A DNA stretch of 64,000 nucleotides, taken from positions 704,001 to 768,000 of the forward strand of contig CBDCOZ010000003.1 of NCBI GenBank assembly GCA_965220085.1, read 5' to 3'. The DNA comes from Candidatus Oxydemutatoraceae bacterium (GTDB lineage Bacteria > Pseudomonadota > Gammaproteobacteria > Poriferisulfidales > Oxydemutatoraceae). The position numbers were made by a program, and so were the translations under genes. Below are positions 10,971 through 21,963 of this stretch, piece after piece. Positions within the stretch are counted from its first letter, which is position 1. Every line of letters begins with the position of its first letter. The notes beneath the pieces were generated by a model that worked only from the letters and a program-made list of their open reading frames with translations, did no database searches and was not told the origin of the DNA.

Positions 10971-11177
10971 GGCAGACTGCGTTGCCAAATAACTGAGTTT
11001 TATTCGGTTTTGCCTTGTGATTTGTTATAAAATGCAGGCGGTTAGGTCAACATGCTTCTTTGCCCATGTGCTAGAAACAGGGCGAGGGAAGCAAGAATCC
11101 GGTCGCTAAGCCGGATGTTTTGAGAGGGCAAGTTGACTGTCTTATATATTTTTCTTTATTTATGGAGAGCTATAACA

Positions 11178-11450
11178 ATGAATAAATCCGAACTGATCGA
11201 ATCTATTGCAAATTCCGCGAGTTTGTCAAAGAGTGACGCGACTCGCGCGTTGGAAGCGGTAGTTGACTCTATCACCGGCAGCCTGAAGCAAGGCAACCCG
11301 GTGGCTATAGTCGGCTTTGGGACATTTCTTATCCGCGAGCGTAATGCGCGTATGGGGCGCAATCCGCGAACCGGCGAGACGATTAGCATTGCCGCCAGTA
11401 AGGTCCCCGCTTTTAAGGCAGGCAAAGCCCTGAAGGACGCTTTGCGTTAA
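11178..11450 (+). CDS. hupB: DNA-binding protein HU-beta
   Basis: MNKSELI...GFGTF...GRNPRTGE...[11 protein letters not shown]; after lon. Confidence 0.95.
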   Translation: MNKSELIESIANSASLSKSDATRALEAVVDSITGSLKQGNPVAIVGFGTFLIRERNARMGRNPRTGETISIAASKVPAFKAGKALKDALR

Positions 11451-11466
11451 TACCCGTGCGATTTCC

Positions 11467-11541
11467 GGGTGCTTAGCTCAGCCCGGTCAGAGCGCCGCCC
11501 TTACAAGGCGGAGGTCGGGGGTTCGATCCCCTCAGCACCCA
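11467..11541 (+). tRNA. tRNA-Val(TAC)
   Basis: GGGTGCT/AGCACCC acceptor, ccgcc-CTTACAA-ggcgg; followed by CCG rather than CCA. Confidence 0.93.
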
Positions 11542-11604
11542 CCGCTCGGACATCTGCGCAAAGCGGAAGGGGCGGCAAGTTTGGTGGTGACATCTGTTGA
11601 ACAT

Positions 11605-11681
11605 GGAGTGGTAGTTCAGTTGGTTAGAATACCGGCCTGTCACGCCGGGGGTCGCGGGTTCGAGTCCCGTCCACTCCGCCA
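11605..11681 (+). tRNA. tRNA-Asp(GTC)
   Basis: ccggc-CTGTCAC-gccgg anticodon arm, TTCGA, CCA end. Confidence 0.95.
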
Positions 11682-11749
11682 CTAGGCTAGAGCGTAATAC
11701 ATTTAAAAGCGGCGGGGCAAGTTAAACATATGATTGCCCTGTCGCTACT

Positions 11750-13642
11750 TTGGCTTTTGATATTGTGTTAAATAGAATTCGTGATGCCTCAAGCGGCTGG
11801 ATCGCTTATGTAATCGTCGGCTTGCTGGCGATTCCGTTTGCGTTATGGGGCGTGCAGAGTTATTTCGGCGCCTTGTCCTCTGTCGTGATGGAGGTCGGAG
11901 GGATCGAGATAGATGCGAATCAATTTAATCAGGCCCTGATCGAACGAAAACGCTACTTGCAGACCGTTGATCCCGATGCCGATTTGCCCCCCGATGACAA
12001 AATCAAGAATGACACGATCAGTGTTCTTGCCATACAAGCGATGATAGAAGAGGCGACAGACCGCTACGGTTACCGCATCTCTGATCGGTTTCTGGCGCAT
12101 GCTATCAGGCAGACCCCCGGCTTCCTCAATGAGGCCGGTCAGTTTGATAATGAGAGATATCAAGCGTATTTGAAAGGCGAGCAGATATCGCGTGTCAAGT
12201 ATGAAAATCGCCTGAGAGAGCAGATGAAACAGGACCAGGTGTTGCAAGCGCTGGATGGCTCCGGTTTTGTTCTCAAAGCGGAGCAGGCCGCATTTGACAC
12301 ACTCCGCAGCCAGGAGAGAAAAGTGCGTTATCTGGAGTTGAATACCGATGATTATCGCGATGCTGTCAGTGTTACCGACGAAGAAGTCAAGCAGCGTTAC
12401 GATAACAATCCGCAGAATTACCAGTCTGAGTTTGAGTTCCGTTTGCGTTATGCCGAGGTGAAGCTCGCGGATTTGATGGAGTCGGAAGAAGTCGATGAAA
12501 GTTTGGCGAGACTATACTATGAGGAGAATGCGGATTCGTTTATTGAGCCGGAAAAACGACGCTTGCGGCATATCCTGTTTGACCCGACCGAACACGATGC
12601 GTCCGAACTCAAAGCGCGCATCGCGGAAGTGGGCGAAAAACTGGCTGCCGGAGAAAGTTTCTCGGAGCTTGCCAAAGAGTACTCGGATGACTTTTTGACC
12701 GCCGCAAGCGGCGGCGAGTTGCCGGTGATGAGCGAGTTTGATATTGAAGACGATGCGATCAGGGAAGCGGTGTTTGCATTGTCGGAGGGCGAGGCCAGCG
12801 AGCCGTTGCAAAGCCAGTTCGGAACCCAGATGTTTGAATTGGCTGAAATTACGCCCGAAGCGCAACGCGCATTTGATGAGGTTGCCGAAGAAGTGATTGA
12901 AGAGATAAAGCTTGAGAACGCGCAAGACAAATATGCCGAACAATTGGAGCGCGCAGAAGCGATCGCATTTGTCAGCCACAAAGATGTGTTTGATGATTTG
13001 GCAACGGCCATGGGCATATCGAGCACCCTGACGGAATGGCTGAAGCGGGATAGTCGGGAAGGCATTTTTGCCGATTCAAAAGTGCGCCGGGTGACTTTCA
13101 ATCGGCTGTTCACGGATGAATTGGTGAATAGCGGACCGGTCGAGTTGGTGGAAGGCAGTCATATGGTCGTGTTTTCGGTAAACAATGTCCGCCCGCCCGA
13201 GCAACAGACATTTGAGCAAGTGGAAGAGAAAATACGCGAAGGAATATTGGCTGAGAAATCTTCAAATGCCGCTGTTAAAGATCGCAACGCCTGGTTGCAA
13301 GAGGCGAAGAAGGGGGAGAAGACGGTCGAGCAAATCGCCGAAGCAAGCGAAAGCGCTACGCTCCATGATCCCGGATATGTCGGTCGGGATGCGCGGGACA
13401 CAGCGCCGCCGCCGGTGCTTTTGGCGGCGTTTGATGCGACCTTTTCCGACAAGGATAAGCCCCTTTATCTGCCGACCCGTATTGCGGGAAATCATGCGAT
13501 CGTTGAGATATCCGGCGTGAAACAGAACGAAGATGCGGATTCGCAACCCATTTCTTTTTCGGCGCGCGAGCAACGCGCGATCCTTGAGAGCCTCACCAGA
13601 GTCTTTGAGGTCGAGATTTTTGAAGATAACATTCCCGAATGA
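11750..13642 (+). CDS. ppiD: Periplasmic chaperone/PPIase PpiD
   Basis: N-terminal TM (FALWGV), SurA-like domain, parvulin HIL...FSELAKEYSDD..GG; canonical position. Confidence 0.9.
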   Translation: MAFDIVLNRIRDASSGWIAYVIVGLLAIPFALWGVQSYFGALSSVVMEVGGIEIDANQFNQALIERKRYLQTVDPDADLPPDDKIKNDTISVLAIQAMIEEATDRYGYRISDRFLAHAIRQTPGFLNEAGQFDNERYQAYLKGEQISRVKYENRLREQMKQDQVLQALDGSGFVLKAEQAAFDTLRSQERKVRYLELNTDDYRDAVSVTDEEVKQRYDNNPQNYQSEFEFRLRYAEVKLADLMESEEVDESLARLYYEENADSFIEPEKRRLRHILFDPTEHDASELKARIAEVGEKLAAGESFSELAKEYSDDFLTAASGGELPVMSEFDIEDDAIREAVFALSEGEASEPLQSQFGTQMFELAEITPEAQRAFDEVAEEVIEEIKLENAQDKYAEQLERAEAIAFVSHKDVFDDLATAMGISSTLTEWLKRDSREGIFADSKVRRVTFNRLFTDELVNSGPVELVEGSHMVVFSVNNVRPPEQQTFEQVEEKIREGILAEKSSNAAVKDRNAWLQEAKKGEKTVEQIAEASESATLHDPGYVGRDARDTAPPPVLLAAFDATFSDKDKPLYLPTRIAGNHAIVEISGVKQNEDADSQPISFSAREQRAILESLTRVFEVEIFEDNIPE

Positions 13643-13669
13643 TCGGGGCTGTTTAACCGAGCATACATA

Positions 13670-14935
13670 ATGATGAAACAAGTTCCGCTTTATTTGCAAA
13701 TTCTAATCAGTCTGGCTCTCGCGGTCATAGTCGGCACCGCGTTCTCGCCGCAGTCCGCAATATTCGGCATTGAGATTTACAGCATACTGTCTTTTGTCGG
13801 CAAGATGTTTCTCAATGCGTTACAAATGATCGTGGTCCCGTTAGTGCTGTCTTCCATTGTCGTCGGTATTGCCGGCATGGCGCAAGACGATCATTTCAAG
13901 CGGCTCAGCGGCGGCACGTTGGCGTATTACCTGCTGACCAGCTTGATCTCTATCCTCGTCGGGTTGACATTGGTCAACCTAATCCAGCCGGGCGTGATGC
14001 AGGGCGGAGGAATGCTGGAAGGTCTCGGCAGTTTGCCGGAAGAGATATCGGCGAAGGTGGCGGGGCGCGACACCTCCGATATTGCGGAAGTGTTTCTGCG
14101 CATGGTGCCGACTAATATATTTGAGGCGGCCGCCGAAGGACAGCTCCTCGGTTTAATCTTCTTTGCCATTTTGTTCGGCTTTTTTACCGCCAAGGTAGAG
14201 AGCAAACTGTCTGTCGTTATGTTGAATTTCTGGCAGGCGGTATACGAAGTGATGATGAAGATCACCATGTGGGTGATACGGTTTGCGCCTATCGGTGTGT
14301 TTGGTCTGGTCGGCAAGGTGGTGATGGATTCGGGAATCGATGTGTTTCAGGTGATGCTGTTCTTCTTCCTTACGGTATTGGCCGCTCTGGCGGTGCATTT
14401 CTTCATCGTATTGCCGACCATCCTCTGGCTCGTCGGCGGAATCAACCCGTGGGCTTATTTGCGCGCCATGTCGCCGGCGGTGCTGATGGCATTTTCAACC
14501 GCATCATCATCGTCCACCTTGCCGTTGACGATTAGTTGCATACAAAACAAGGTCGGCGTGTCAAAGCGTGTCAGCAGCTTTGTCTTGCCGCTCGGCGCGA
14601 CGGTGAATATGGACGGAACCGCTCTTTACGAATGTGTCGCGGTCATCTTTATTGCCCAACTCTATGGTCTTGAAATGGGGTTTGTCACCCAATTCACCGT
14701 GGTTTGGCTTGCCCTGCTGACCTCCATCGGCGTCGCCGGTATTCCCGCTGCGAGCCTGGTGGCAATTACGCTTATTTTATCGGCGGTCGGATTGCCGCTG
14801 GAAGCAATCGCACTCATTCTGGCTGTGGACAGGGTATTGGATATGTGCCGCACCAGCGTCAATGTCTATAGCGACTCGTGTGCGGCGGGCGTGATTGCAA
14901 AGCGTATGGGAGAGCGTTTTTCTCCCGCCGCTTAA
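13670..14935 (+). CDS. Dicarboxylate/amino acid:cation symporter
   Basis: AFSTASSSSTLP, GATVNMDGTALY, DRVLDMCRTSVNV. Confidence 0.95.
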   Translation: MMKQVPLYLQILISLALAVIVGTAFSPQSAIFGIEIYSILSFVGKMFLNALQMIVVPLVLSSIVVGIAGMAQDDHFKRLSGGTLAYYLLTSLISILVGLTLVNLIQPGVMQGGGMLEGLGSLPEEISAKVAGRDTSDIAEVFLRMVPTNIFEAAAEGQLLGLIFFAILFGFFTAKVESKLSVVMLNFWQAVYEVMMKITMWVIRFAPIGVFGLVGKVVMDSGIDVFQVMLFFFLTVLAALAVHFFIVLPTILWLVGGINPWAYLRAMSPAVLMAFSTASSSSTLPLTISCIQNKVGVSKRVSSFVLPLGATVNMDGTALYECVAVIFIAQLYGLEMGFVTQFTVVWLALLTSIGVAGIPAASLVAITLILSAVGLPLEAIALILAVDRVLDMCRTSVNVYSDSCAAGVIAKRMGERFSPAA

Positions 14936-14940
14936 TCCGC

Positions 14941-15726
14941 TTAATCCCTGGCGGCCATTCCGACCAAGTTATAGCCGGCATCGACATGGATGACTTCGCC
15001 GGTCACCCCGCTCGCCAGTTCCGAGCAGAGGAAGGCGCCGACATTGCCGATATCCTCCAGCGTGATGTTGCGCCGCAGAGGGGCTGTTTGTTCGGTATGT
15101 CGGAGCATTTCGCGAAAGCCTTCTATCCCCGCCGCGGCGAGTGTTTTAACGGGGCCCGCCGAAATGGCATTGACTCTGATGTTTTGCGGCCCGAGACAGG
15201 CGGCAAGGTAACGTACGTTTGCTTCCAGACTGGCTTTGGCCAAGCCCATGACGTTGTAGTTCGGAATGTATCTTTCCGCGCCGAGGTAGCTCAGTGTCAG
15301 TATGGAGCCGTTGCTTTGCGCCAGCAATGTCCGCGCTTCTTTGGCGAGCGCACTGAGGCTGTAACAACTGATTTCGTGGGCGGCGGCAAAGCCTTGGCGG
15401 GTTGTGTTGTCCGGATAGTCGCCGCTAAGTTCCTCGCGCGGCGCGTAGGCGATGGAATGGACCAGCGCATCGAGACCGTCCCAGTCGCGCCGGATAGCAT
15501 CAAACACGGCGCTGATTTCCGCATCGTTTTGCACGTCACAAATCAGCGTCAACTTTGAATCGCATTGTTGCGCGAGTTCCTCGATACGTTCCTTCAGCCG
15601 TTCGTTTTGGCATGCGAAAGCGAGTTCCGCCCCTTGCCGGCGCATCGCTTCGGCGATTCCCCACGCAATGGAGCGCTTGCTTGCGACTCCCGTAATTAAG
15701 ACACGTTTTCCGTTGATCATTCCCAT
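14941..15726 (-). CDS. fabI: Enoyl-ACP reductase
   Basis: GVASKRSIAWGIA, YNVMGLAKASLE, VNAISAGPVKTLAA. Confidence 0.97.
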   Translation of the reverse strand: MGMINGKRVLITGVASKRSIAWGIAEAMRRQGAELAFACQNERLKERIEELAQQCDSKLTLICDVQNDAEISAVFDAIRRDWDGLDALVHSIAYAPREELSGDYPDNTTRQGFAAAHEISCYSLSALAKEARTLLAQSNGSILTLSYLGAERYIPNYNVMGLAKASLEANVRYLAACLGPQNIRVNAISAGPVKTLAAAGIEGFREMLRHTEQTAPLRRNITLEDIGNVGAFLCSELASGVTGEVIHVDAGYNLVGMAARD

Positions 15727-15773
15727 GGTATTTCTCCTTATTATTCCTCGCAGTTAGGATATATAATACCACT

Positions 15774-17921
15774 ATGATGACAGAAGGACAGACCAGAACC
15801 GCTATCTTCTTTGTTCTGTGTTTTGTATTGCCGGGATGCGACGACCGACCGTGGAACAATCCTTATGCGGAGACAGAAGCGGCCAATATTCTGTATTCCA
15901 GTTTTTCCGAACGCCCCAAGTATCTGGATCCGGTGCGCGCATACAGCAGCAACGAATACGGGTTTCTGGGACAAATATACGAACCGGTTCTGCAGTACCA
16001 TTACCTGAAGCGGCCCTATGCGTTAGCGCCGCTGACCGCGCGGCGGATGCCGACCCTGCGTTACTTTGACGACAATCATCGGGCGGTCGAGCGCGACAAA
16101 GCCGCTTATGTCACTTATGACATAGAGATAAAACCCGATATCATGTTTCAGCCCCATCCGGCCTTTGTCCGCGACGAGCGGGGAGGATATCTGTATCACG
16201 ATACGGGCAAAGGACACAAAAGGACGTTTCGCCGCTTGTCCGACTTCCCGTTGACGGACAGCCGGACGCTGCGCAGCGAGGATTATTTGTATCAGATAAA
16301 GCGGCTTGCCGACCCCGGTTTGCACTCGCCGATTGCGGGTATTCTGCTCAAGCATATCGTCGGTTTTGCGGACTTGCGCGAGCGCATTGCGCAGGCGCGG
16401 GAGCGGCACTCGGGCGGCTGGCTCGATTTGCGTCAGTTTGATTTTGACGGCGTTGAAATCCTTGGCGATTACCGCTACCGCATCACCGTACATGCCGGTT
16501 ATCCGCAGTTTATATATTGGCTTTCGATGCCTTTTTTCTCGCCGATGCCGTGGGAAGCCGATGCGTTTTACAGCCAGCCCGAGTTTGACCGGCACAATAT
16601 CACCCTGAACTGGTATCCGGTGGGCACCGGGGCATATATGTTGAGCGAGAACAATCCCAATCTGCGGATGGTACTGACGCGCAATCCTAATTTCCGCGAT
16701 GACAACTACCCCGTTGCCGGCGAAGACGGCGACCGCGATGCCGGTTTGTTACGAGATGCGGGCGCGCGTTTGCCGTTTATAGATAAGGCCATCTTCAGTT
16801 TGGAGAAAGAGAATATCCCATACTGGAATAAGTTTCTGCAAGGGTACTATGACAGGTCGGGGATCAGTTCCGACAGTTTTGATCAGGCCGTGCAGTTGGA
16901 AGAAGGCGGCGAGTTTGAACTGACGGAGGATATGCAAGACAAGGACATACGCCTTTCCATCGCGCACCAACCGACAACCGTCTACATCGGTTTTAATATG
17001 CTGGATTCGGTAGTGGGCGGTTATAGCGCGCGCGCGATCAAATTGCGCCAGGCTCTGTCTATCGCGGTTGATATTGAGGAATACATCTCAATATTTTTGA
17101 ACGGTCGCGGCTCGGCTGCGCAGAGCCCTCTGCCGCCGGGCATCTTCGGACATGTGGGCGGCGCCGAAGGCGCGAATCCGATCGTCTATGACTGGATCGG
17201 CGGGCAAGCGCAACGGAAGCCGCTTGCCGAGGCCAAACGCCTGCTCGCCGAGGCCGGCTATGCCGACGGCATCGACCAACAAAATGGCAAACCGTTGACG
17301 CTTTATTTTGACGCGGTCGGCACCGGCCCCGATGCCAAAGCGTGGTTAAACTGGATTACAAAACAGTTTGAGAAAATCGGCGTACAGTTGGTCGTGCGAA
17401 GCACCGACTACAACCGTTTTCAGGAAAAGATCGCGGAAGGCACCGGACAAATTTTCCGTTGGGGCTGGAATGCCGATTACCCCGACCCGGAAAACTTTCT
17501 GTTTTTATTCTATGGCCCCAATGCAAAAGCCAAGAAACAAGGCGAGAATGCGGCAAACTATGACAATCCGCGCTTCAACGAACTGTTTCGTCAGATGCAA
17601 GGCATGCCAAATGGTCCCGCGCGGCAGAAAGTGATAGATGAGATGCTGGATATATTGCGTTATGAATCGCCTTGGATGTGGGGGTATCACCCGAGGTCTT
17701 TTGTCTTGCATCACGATTGGCTGGGGAATGTCAAACCCAATCTGATGGCGCACAATACGCTTAAATATCTTCGCATCGACACGCCGAGCCGCGATCGCAA
17801 ACGCGAAGAATGGAATCAGCCGGAGCTGACCCCGGTATTCGGATTGCTGGTTTTGTTGCTCATCTTTGTGCTGCCGGTTATCAATATATATTACAAGCGA
17901 CGCCGTCAAACAATCCTATGA
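15774..17921 (+). CDS. ABC transporter substrate-binding protein (peptide/nickel family), lipoprotein-like
   Basis: LPGC lipobox-like, LDPV, PVGTGAY, WNADYPDPENFL. Confidence 0.85.
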   Translation: MMTEGQTRTAIFFVLCFVLPGCDDRPWNNPYAETEAANILYSSFSERPKYLDPVRAYSSNEYGFLGQIYEPVLQYHYLKRPYALAPLTARRMPTLRYFDDNHRAVERDKAAYVTYDIEIKPDIMFQPHPAFVRDERGGYLYHDTGKGHKRTFRRLSDFPLTDSRTLRSEDYLYQIKRLADPGLHSPIAGILLKHIVGFADLRERIAQARERHSGGWLDLRQFDFDGVEILGDYRYRITVHAGYPQFIYWLSMPFFSPMPWEADAFYSQPEFDRHNITLNWYPVGTGAYMLSENNPNLRMVLTRNPNFRDDNYPVAGEDGDRDAGLLRDAGARLPFIDKAIFSLEKENIPYWNKFLQGYYDRSGISSDSFDQAVQLEEGGEFELTEDMQDKDIRLSIAHQPTTVYIGFNMLDSVVGGYSARAIKLRQALSIAVDIEEYISIFLNGRGSAAQSPLPPGIFGHVGGAEGANPIVYDWIGGQAQRKPLAEAKRLLAEAGYADGIDQQNGKPLTLYFDAVGTGPDAKAWLNWITKQFEKIGVQLVVRSTDYNRFQEKIAEGTGQIFRWGWNADYPDPENFLFLFYGPNAKAKKQGENAANYDNPRFNELFRQMQGMPNGPARQKVIDEMLDILRYESPWMWGYHPRSFVLHHDWLGNVKPNLMAHNTLKYLRIDTPSRDRKREEWNQPELTPVFGLLVLLLIFVLPVINIYYKRRRQTIL

Positions 17922-18895
17922 GCGCATATATCATCCGCCGTTTTTTATACGCGATACCGATCCTCATCGGCGTGAACTTATTCACCTTCGCTTTGTTCTT
18001 TGTCGTCAATACCCCGGATGATATCGCGCGTATGCATCTGGGTCACCGCCACATCACGCAGGAGCAAATCGACACTTGGAAAATGCAACGCGGCTACGAT
18101 AAGCCCTTGCTTTACAATGCCGCGGCGGATGGTCTCGAACAAGCGACCGACACCATATTTTTTAACGAGTCGGTGCGTCTTTTCCTGTTTGACTTTGGCC
18201 GCTCCGACAGCGGTCGCTCTATCGGCCAAGACATCGCCGAGCGCATGTGGCCGAGTCTTGCGATAGCGGCGCCGACCCTGTTGCTGGGGGTGTTGCTGAA
18301 CATTACCTTCGCATTGACGATGGTATTTTTTCGCGCCACATATGTTGACTTTTGGTCCGTCATACTCTGTATCGTGCTGATGTCGATATCGGGTCTGTTT
18401 TACATAATCGGCGGGCAATTTCTTATCGGCAAGCTATTGAAGTTGGTGCCGATTTCCGGATACGGCGGCGGCTTGGAAGCGATTAAATTTCTGATCTTGC
18501 CGATCATCGTGGGGGTCATCGGCGGCATCGGGGCGGGCAGCCGATGGTACCGCACCATCTTTCTTGAAGAGTCGGGAAAGGATTATGTGCGCACTGCGCG
18601 CGCCAAGGGCCTCAGCGAAGCCGCCGTATTGTTTCGCCATATCTTGCCGAACGCGCTGATTCCGATTCTCACCGGCATCGTGGTCATCTTGCCGTTGCTG
18701 TTTATGGGCAGTTTGATCATTGAATCGTTCTTCGGGATTCCGGGGCTTGGCAGCTACACCATCGACGCCATTGCGCGGCAAGACTTTGCCATTGTCCGGG
18801 CGATGGTCTTTCTCGGCTCCTTCCTGTATATCGTGGGATTATTGCTGACCGATATTTCTTATACCCTGGTTGATCCCCGGGTGAGGCTGAGTTGA
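17918..18895 (+). CDS. ABC transporter permease (OppB/DppB-like)
   Basis: YIIRR, DFGRS, YVRTARAKGLSE, DPRVR. Confidence 0.92.
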   Translation: MSAYIIRRFLYAIPILIGVNLFTFALFFVVNTPDDIARMHLGHRHITQEQIDTWKMQRGYDKPLLYNAAADGLEQATDTIFFNESVRLFLFDFGRSDSGRSIGQDIAERMWPSLAIAAPTLLLGVLLNITFALTMVFFRATYVDFWSVILCIVLMSISGLFYIIGGQFLIGKLLKLVPISGYGGGLEAIKFLILPIIVGVIGGIGAGSRWYRTIFLEESGKDYVRTARAKGLSEAAVLFRHILPNALIPILTGIVVILPLLFMGSLIIESFFGIPGLGSYTIDAIARQDFAIVRAMVFLGSFLYIVGLLLTDISYTLVDPRVRLS

Positions 18896-18896
18896 T

Positions 18897-20297
18897 ATGC
18901 CGGTTATCCTTGCCACCGATGCGTTTTTCTTTCTGTTGATTGTTTTTGCGACCGTCTATGCCGTTCGCATCCGCAAACATCCGCATCTGGCCATCGCCTG
19001 GGGCAAATTGATGCGCAACCGGAGCGCGATGGTCGCAATGGTCTTCCTCGCGTTCTATTTTGTCGTTGCGGCGCTTGATTCTTTGCACTTCAAGCGACAG
19101 GCCGGCATCGCCGACAACGGCGCCCCCGTCTATTCCAATCAGGTGCACAGCGTGTTGGATGCCGCGCTGAATCATCTCAAACTGCGAACCGAAACAACCT
19201 ACTCGGAACCGCTGGCGACCCGCTCCTATGTCAAGGAGGCGCTGACATCCGAACAGGGGCGGTTGATTCGCGATTACCCGCGACTGCGATACGGCGGCCG
19301 GCACTTGAACGATTCGGGCGTTTCCAAGCGCGCCGACATAGCGCTGACGGTCGCCCGAGGGCTCTTGCTCGGCGCCGTTGCGATGTTATTTTTCTTTCTG
19401 CTGGCATGCGCATATGTCGCCCGCCGCCGACATATCGGGATTGCCGTTGTCGCGATGCGCATTGTGCGAGACAAAACGGACATTCCGTGGCGGGCGATTT
19501 TTCTCGCGTTGCTATTGTTGGCTCTGGTTATATCCGTCATTGCCGGCCTTGCCGTCAACTATCATGTGTTTGGCACCGATAAGATCGGCCAAGATATTCT
19601 CTATCAGGCGATGAAGAGCATCCGCACCGGATTTTTAATCGGCACGTTGACCACATTGATCATGCTGCCTTTTGCATTGATGCTGGGCATTTGCGCGGGG
19701 TATTTTCTGGGCCGGATAGATGACCTGATCCAATATCTTTATACGACGCTCAACTCTATCCCCGGCGTCTTGTTGATCGCCGCAATGGTGCTGATGTTGC
19801 ACCTTTATATGGATCAAAACCCCGACCGCTTCGGGGATATAGTGACCCGCGCGGATACCCGTCTGCTTTTTCTCTGCGCGATTCTGGGCATTACCAGTTG
19901 GACCGGTTTGTGCCGCTTGTTGCGGGCGGAAACGCTCAAGGTCAAAGAGATCGACTATGTCGAAGCCGCGCGCGCGCTGGGCGTGTCTCATCTGCGTGTG
20001 ATATGGAACCACATCACTCCCAACATCATGCATATCGTTTTCATCACCATCGCGCTTGATTTCAGCAGTCTGGTGCTGGCCGAAGTGGTTTTGTCTTATG
20101 TCAACATCGGTGTTGATCCGACCATGCACAGCTGGGGCAATATGATCAACAGCGCGCGACTGGAGTTGGCGCGGGAACCGATCGTGTGGTGGCCGCTGTT
20201 TGCGGCGATGATATTCATCTTTGTCTTCGTATTGTGCGCCAATTTGTTTGCCGACGGCGTACGCGACGCATTTGATCCGAAACTGGAACAAAGATAG
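18897..20297 (+). CDS. ABC transporter permease (OppC/DppC-like)
   Basis: FGTDKIGQD, YVEAARALG, SWGNMI, DGVRDAFDP. Confidence 0.92.
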   Translation: MPVILATDAFFFLLIVFATVYAVRIRKHPHLAIAWGKLMRNRSAMVAMVFLAFYFVVAALDSLHFKRQAGIADNGAPVYSNQVHSVLDAALNHLKLRTETTYSEPLATRSYVKEALTSEQGRLIRDYPRLRYGGRHLNDSGVSKRADIALTVARGLLLGAVAMLFFFLLACAYVARRRHIGIAVVAMRIVRDKTDIPWRAIFLALLLLALVISVIAGLAVNYHVFGTDKIGQDILYQAMKSIRTGFLIGTLTTLIMLPFALMLGICAGYFLGRIDDLIQYLYTTLNSIPGVLLIAAMVLMLHLYMDQNPDRFGDIVTRADTRLLFLCAILGITSWTGLCRLLRAETLKVKEIDYVEAARALGVSHLRVIWNHITPNIMHIVFITIALDFSSLVLAEVVLSYVNIGVDPTMHSWGNMINSARLELAREPIVWWPLFAAMIFIFVFVLCANLFADGVRDAFDPKLEQR

Positions 20298-20304
20298 GCC
20301 GTCT

Positions 20305-21963
20305 GTGAGCGCTTTGCTTGAAATAAAAGATCTGAGTGTCAGGGCGCGCGCCGGCGGCGCGCGCGATATGTTGCTTAACAATGTCAACTTGAGCGCGCAG
20401 GAAGGGCAAAGTTTTGCGCTGATAGGCGAGTCCGGTTCGGGCAAATCCATAACCGCTCTGTCTGTTGTGCGCTTGCTGCCGGATGGTTTGGATATCTGCG
20501 GCGGCAATGCGTACTTTCAAGGACAGAGTTTGTTTCAGCTGACAGAAGCGCAGATGCAAAGTGTCAGAGGCGGTTCCATAGGGTTTATATTTCAGGAGCC
20601 AATGACCTCTCTGAACCCGGTGATGACGGTCGGCGAACAGATTCTGGAAACGGTGTATAAACACCGCAGTATGCGCGGCGCGGCGGTGCGCGAATATGTT
20701 TTGAGCCTGTTGGATGATGTCGGCATCGCGGCGCCGAAAAGGGTGTTTGCTTCGTATCCGCACGAATTGTCCGGCGGCATGAAGCAACGGATTATCATCG
20801 CCATAGCGCTTGCCGGCGACCCGAAACTCTTGATTGCCGATGAGCCGACGACAGCGCTCGATGTGACCGTGCAAGCGCAGATTTTGCAGTTGCTGAAATC
20901 GCTGCAACAAAAATTCGGGATGACAATCCTGTTTATCTCCCACGATTTGGCGGTCGCCTCCGCGGTGGCCGATCACATTGCCGTCATGCAACACGGCGAG
21001 ATCGTTGAGCAATTGCCGAGCGAGAACTTTTTCCGCAATGCGCGTCATCAATACAGCCGGAAGTTGCTCAAAATGTTGCCGGATATCAGCAAGCGCGGCC
21101 GCGCTCTGAGCATAGAGCACAAAGTTTTTGAGCCGTCTTATGCGGCGGATGAAACCGTTGTCAAAGTGGATGATCTCAAAGTGCATTTTCCAATCAAGAA
21201 AGGCGTATTCAAACGCGCGACGGCCTTTGTCAAGGCGGTGGACGGCGTGTCGTTTTCGCTCAGGCGCGGCAAGACACTCGCGCTGGTAGGCGAATCCGGC
21301 AGCGGCAAGACGACGATTGCGCGAGCGCTTTTGCGCTTGATAGAACCGACTGCGGGGAATATATCTTTTTCAACCAACGGCGATAGCGCCGGCCGCAATG
21401 GCGATTTGGGCTGGAGCAAGTTCGCACACGCGACACAAATCGTTTTTCAGGATCCTTTTTTATCGTTAAACCCCAAGATGCCGGTCGGCGAAGCCATCGC
21501 CGAGGGGGTCAGGATTCGGTCTCCGAATGCAACCGAGGCGCGGGCACAAGAGAAAGTGGCGGAACTGTTGGAGCAGGTCGGTTTGTTGCCGGATTATGCG
21601 CGGCGTTACCCGCATCAATTTTCGGGCGGGCAGCGCCAACGCATTTGTATCGCCCGCGCGCTCTCGGTAGAGCCGGATTTTATTATCTGGGACGAGCCGA
21701 CCAGCGCATTGGATATATCCGTGCAGGCGCAGATTCTGGATTTGTTCCAGCAACTGCAGGCCGACCATGGGCTCGGTTATTTGCTGATCACACACGATAT
21801 CTCGGTTGTCGCATACATGGCCGATGAACTGGTTGTGATCAATCGCGGTCGCGTCGTTGAGCAAGGCGAAGTAGTGCGCCTTCTTGAAAAGCCCGACAAC
21901 GACTATACCCGCGAGTTGCTGGCGGCGGTGCCGTTAATACCCAAGCAAGGCCGATGGGTTTGA
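20305..21963 (+). CDS. ABC transporter ATP-binding protein with duplicated NBD
   Basis: Two GESGSGK Walker A motifs, LSGG/FSGGQ, DEPT. Confidence 0.95.
   Translation: MSALLEIKDLSVRARAGGARDMLLNNVNLSAQEGQSFALIGESGSGKSITALSVVRLLPDGLDICGGNAYFQGQSLFQLTEAQMQSVRGGSIGFIFQEPMTSLNPVMTVGEQILETVYKHRSMRGAAVREYVLSLLDDVGIAAPKRVFASYPHELSGGMKQRIIIAIALAGDPKLLIADEPTTALDVTVQAQILQLLKSLQQKFGMTILFISHDLAVASAVADHIAVMQHGEIVEQLPSENFFRNARHQYSRKLLKMLPDISKRGRALSIEHKVFEPSYAADETVVKVDDLKVHFPIKKGVFKRATAFVKAVDGVSFSLRRGKTLALVGESGSGKTTIARALLRLIEPTAGNISFSTNGDSAGRNGDLGWSKFAHATQIVFQDPFLSLNPKMPVGEAIAEGVRIRSPNATEARAQEKVAELLEQVGLLPDYARRYPHQFSGGQRQRICIARALSVEPDFIIWDEPTSALDISVQAQILDLFQQLQADHGLGYLLITHDISVVAYMADELVVINRGRVVEQGEVVRLLEKPDNDYTRELLAAVPLIPKQGRWV

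Noticed and set aside
11542-11544. tRNA-Val ends CCG instead of CCA
   Set aside because: CCA can be added post-transcriptionally; the cloverleaf is otherwise intact.
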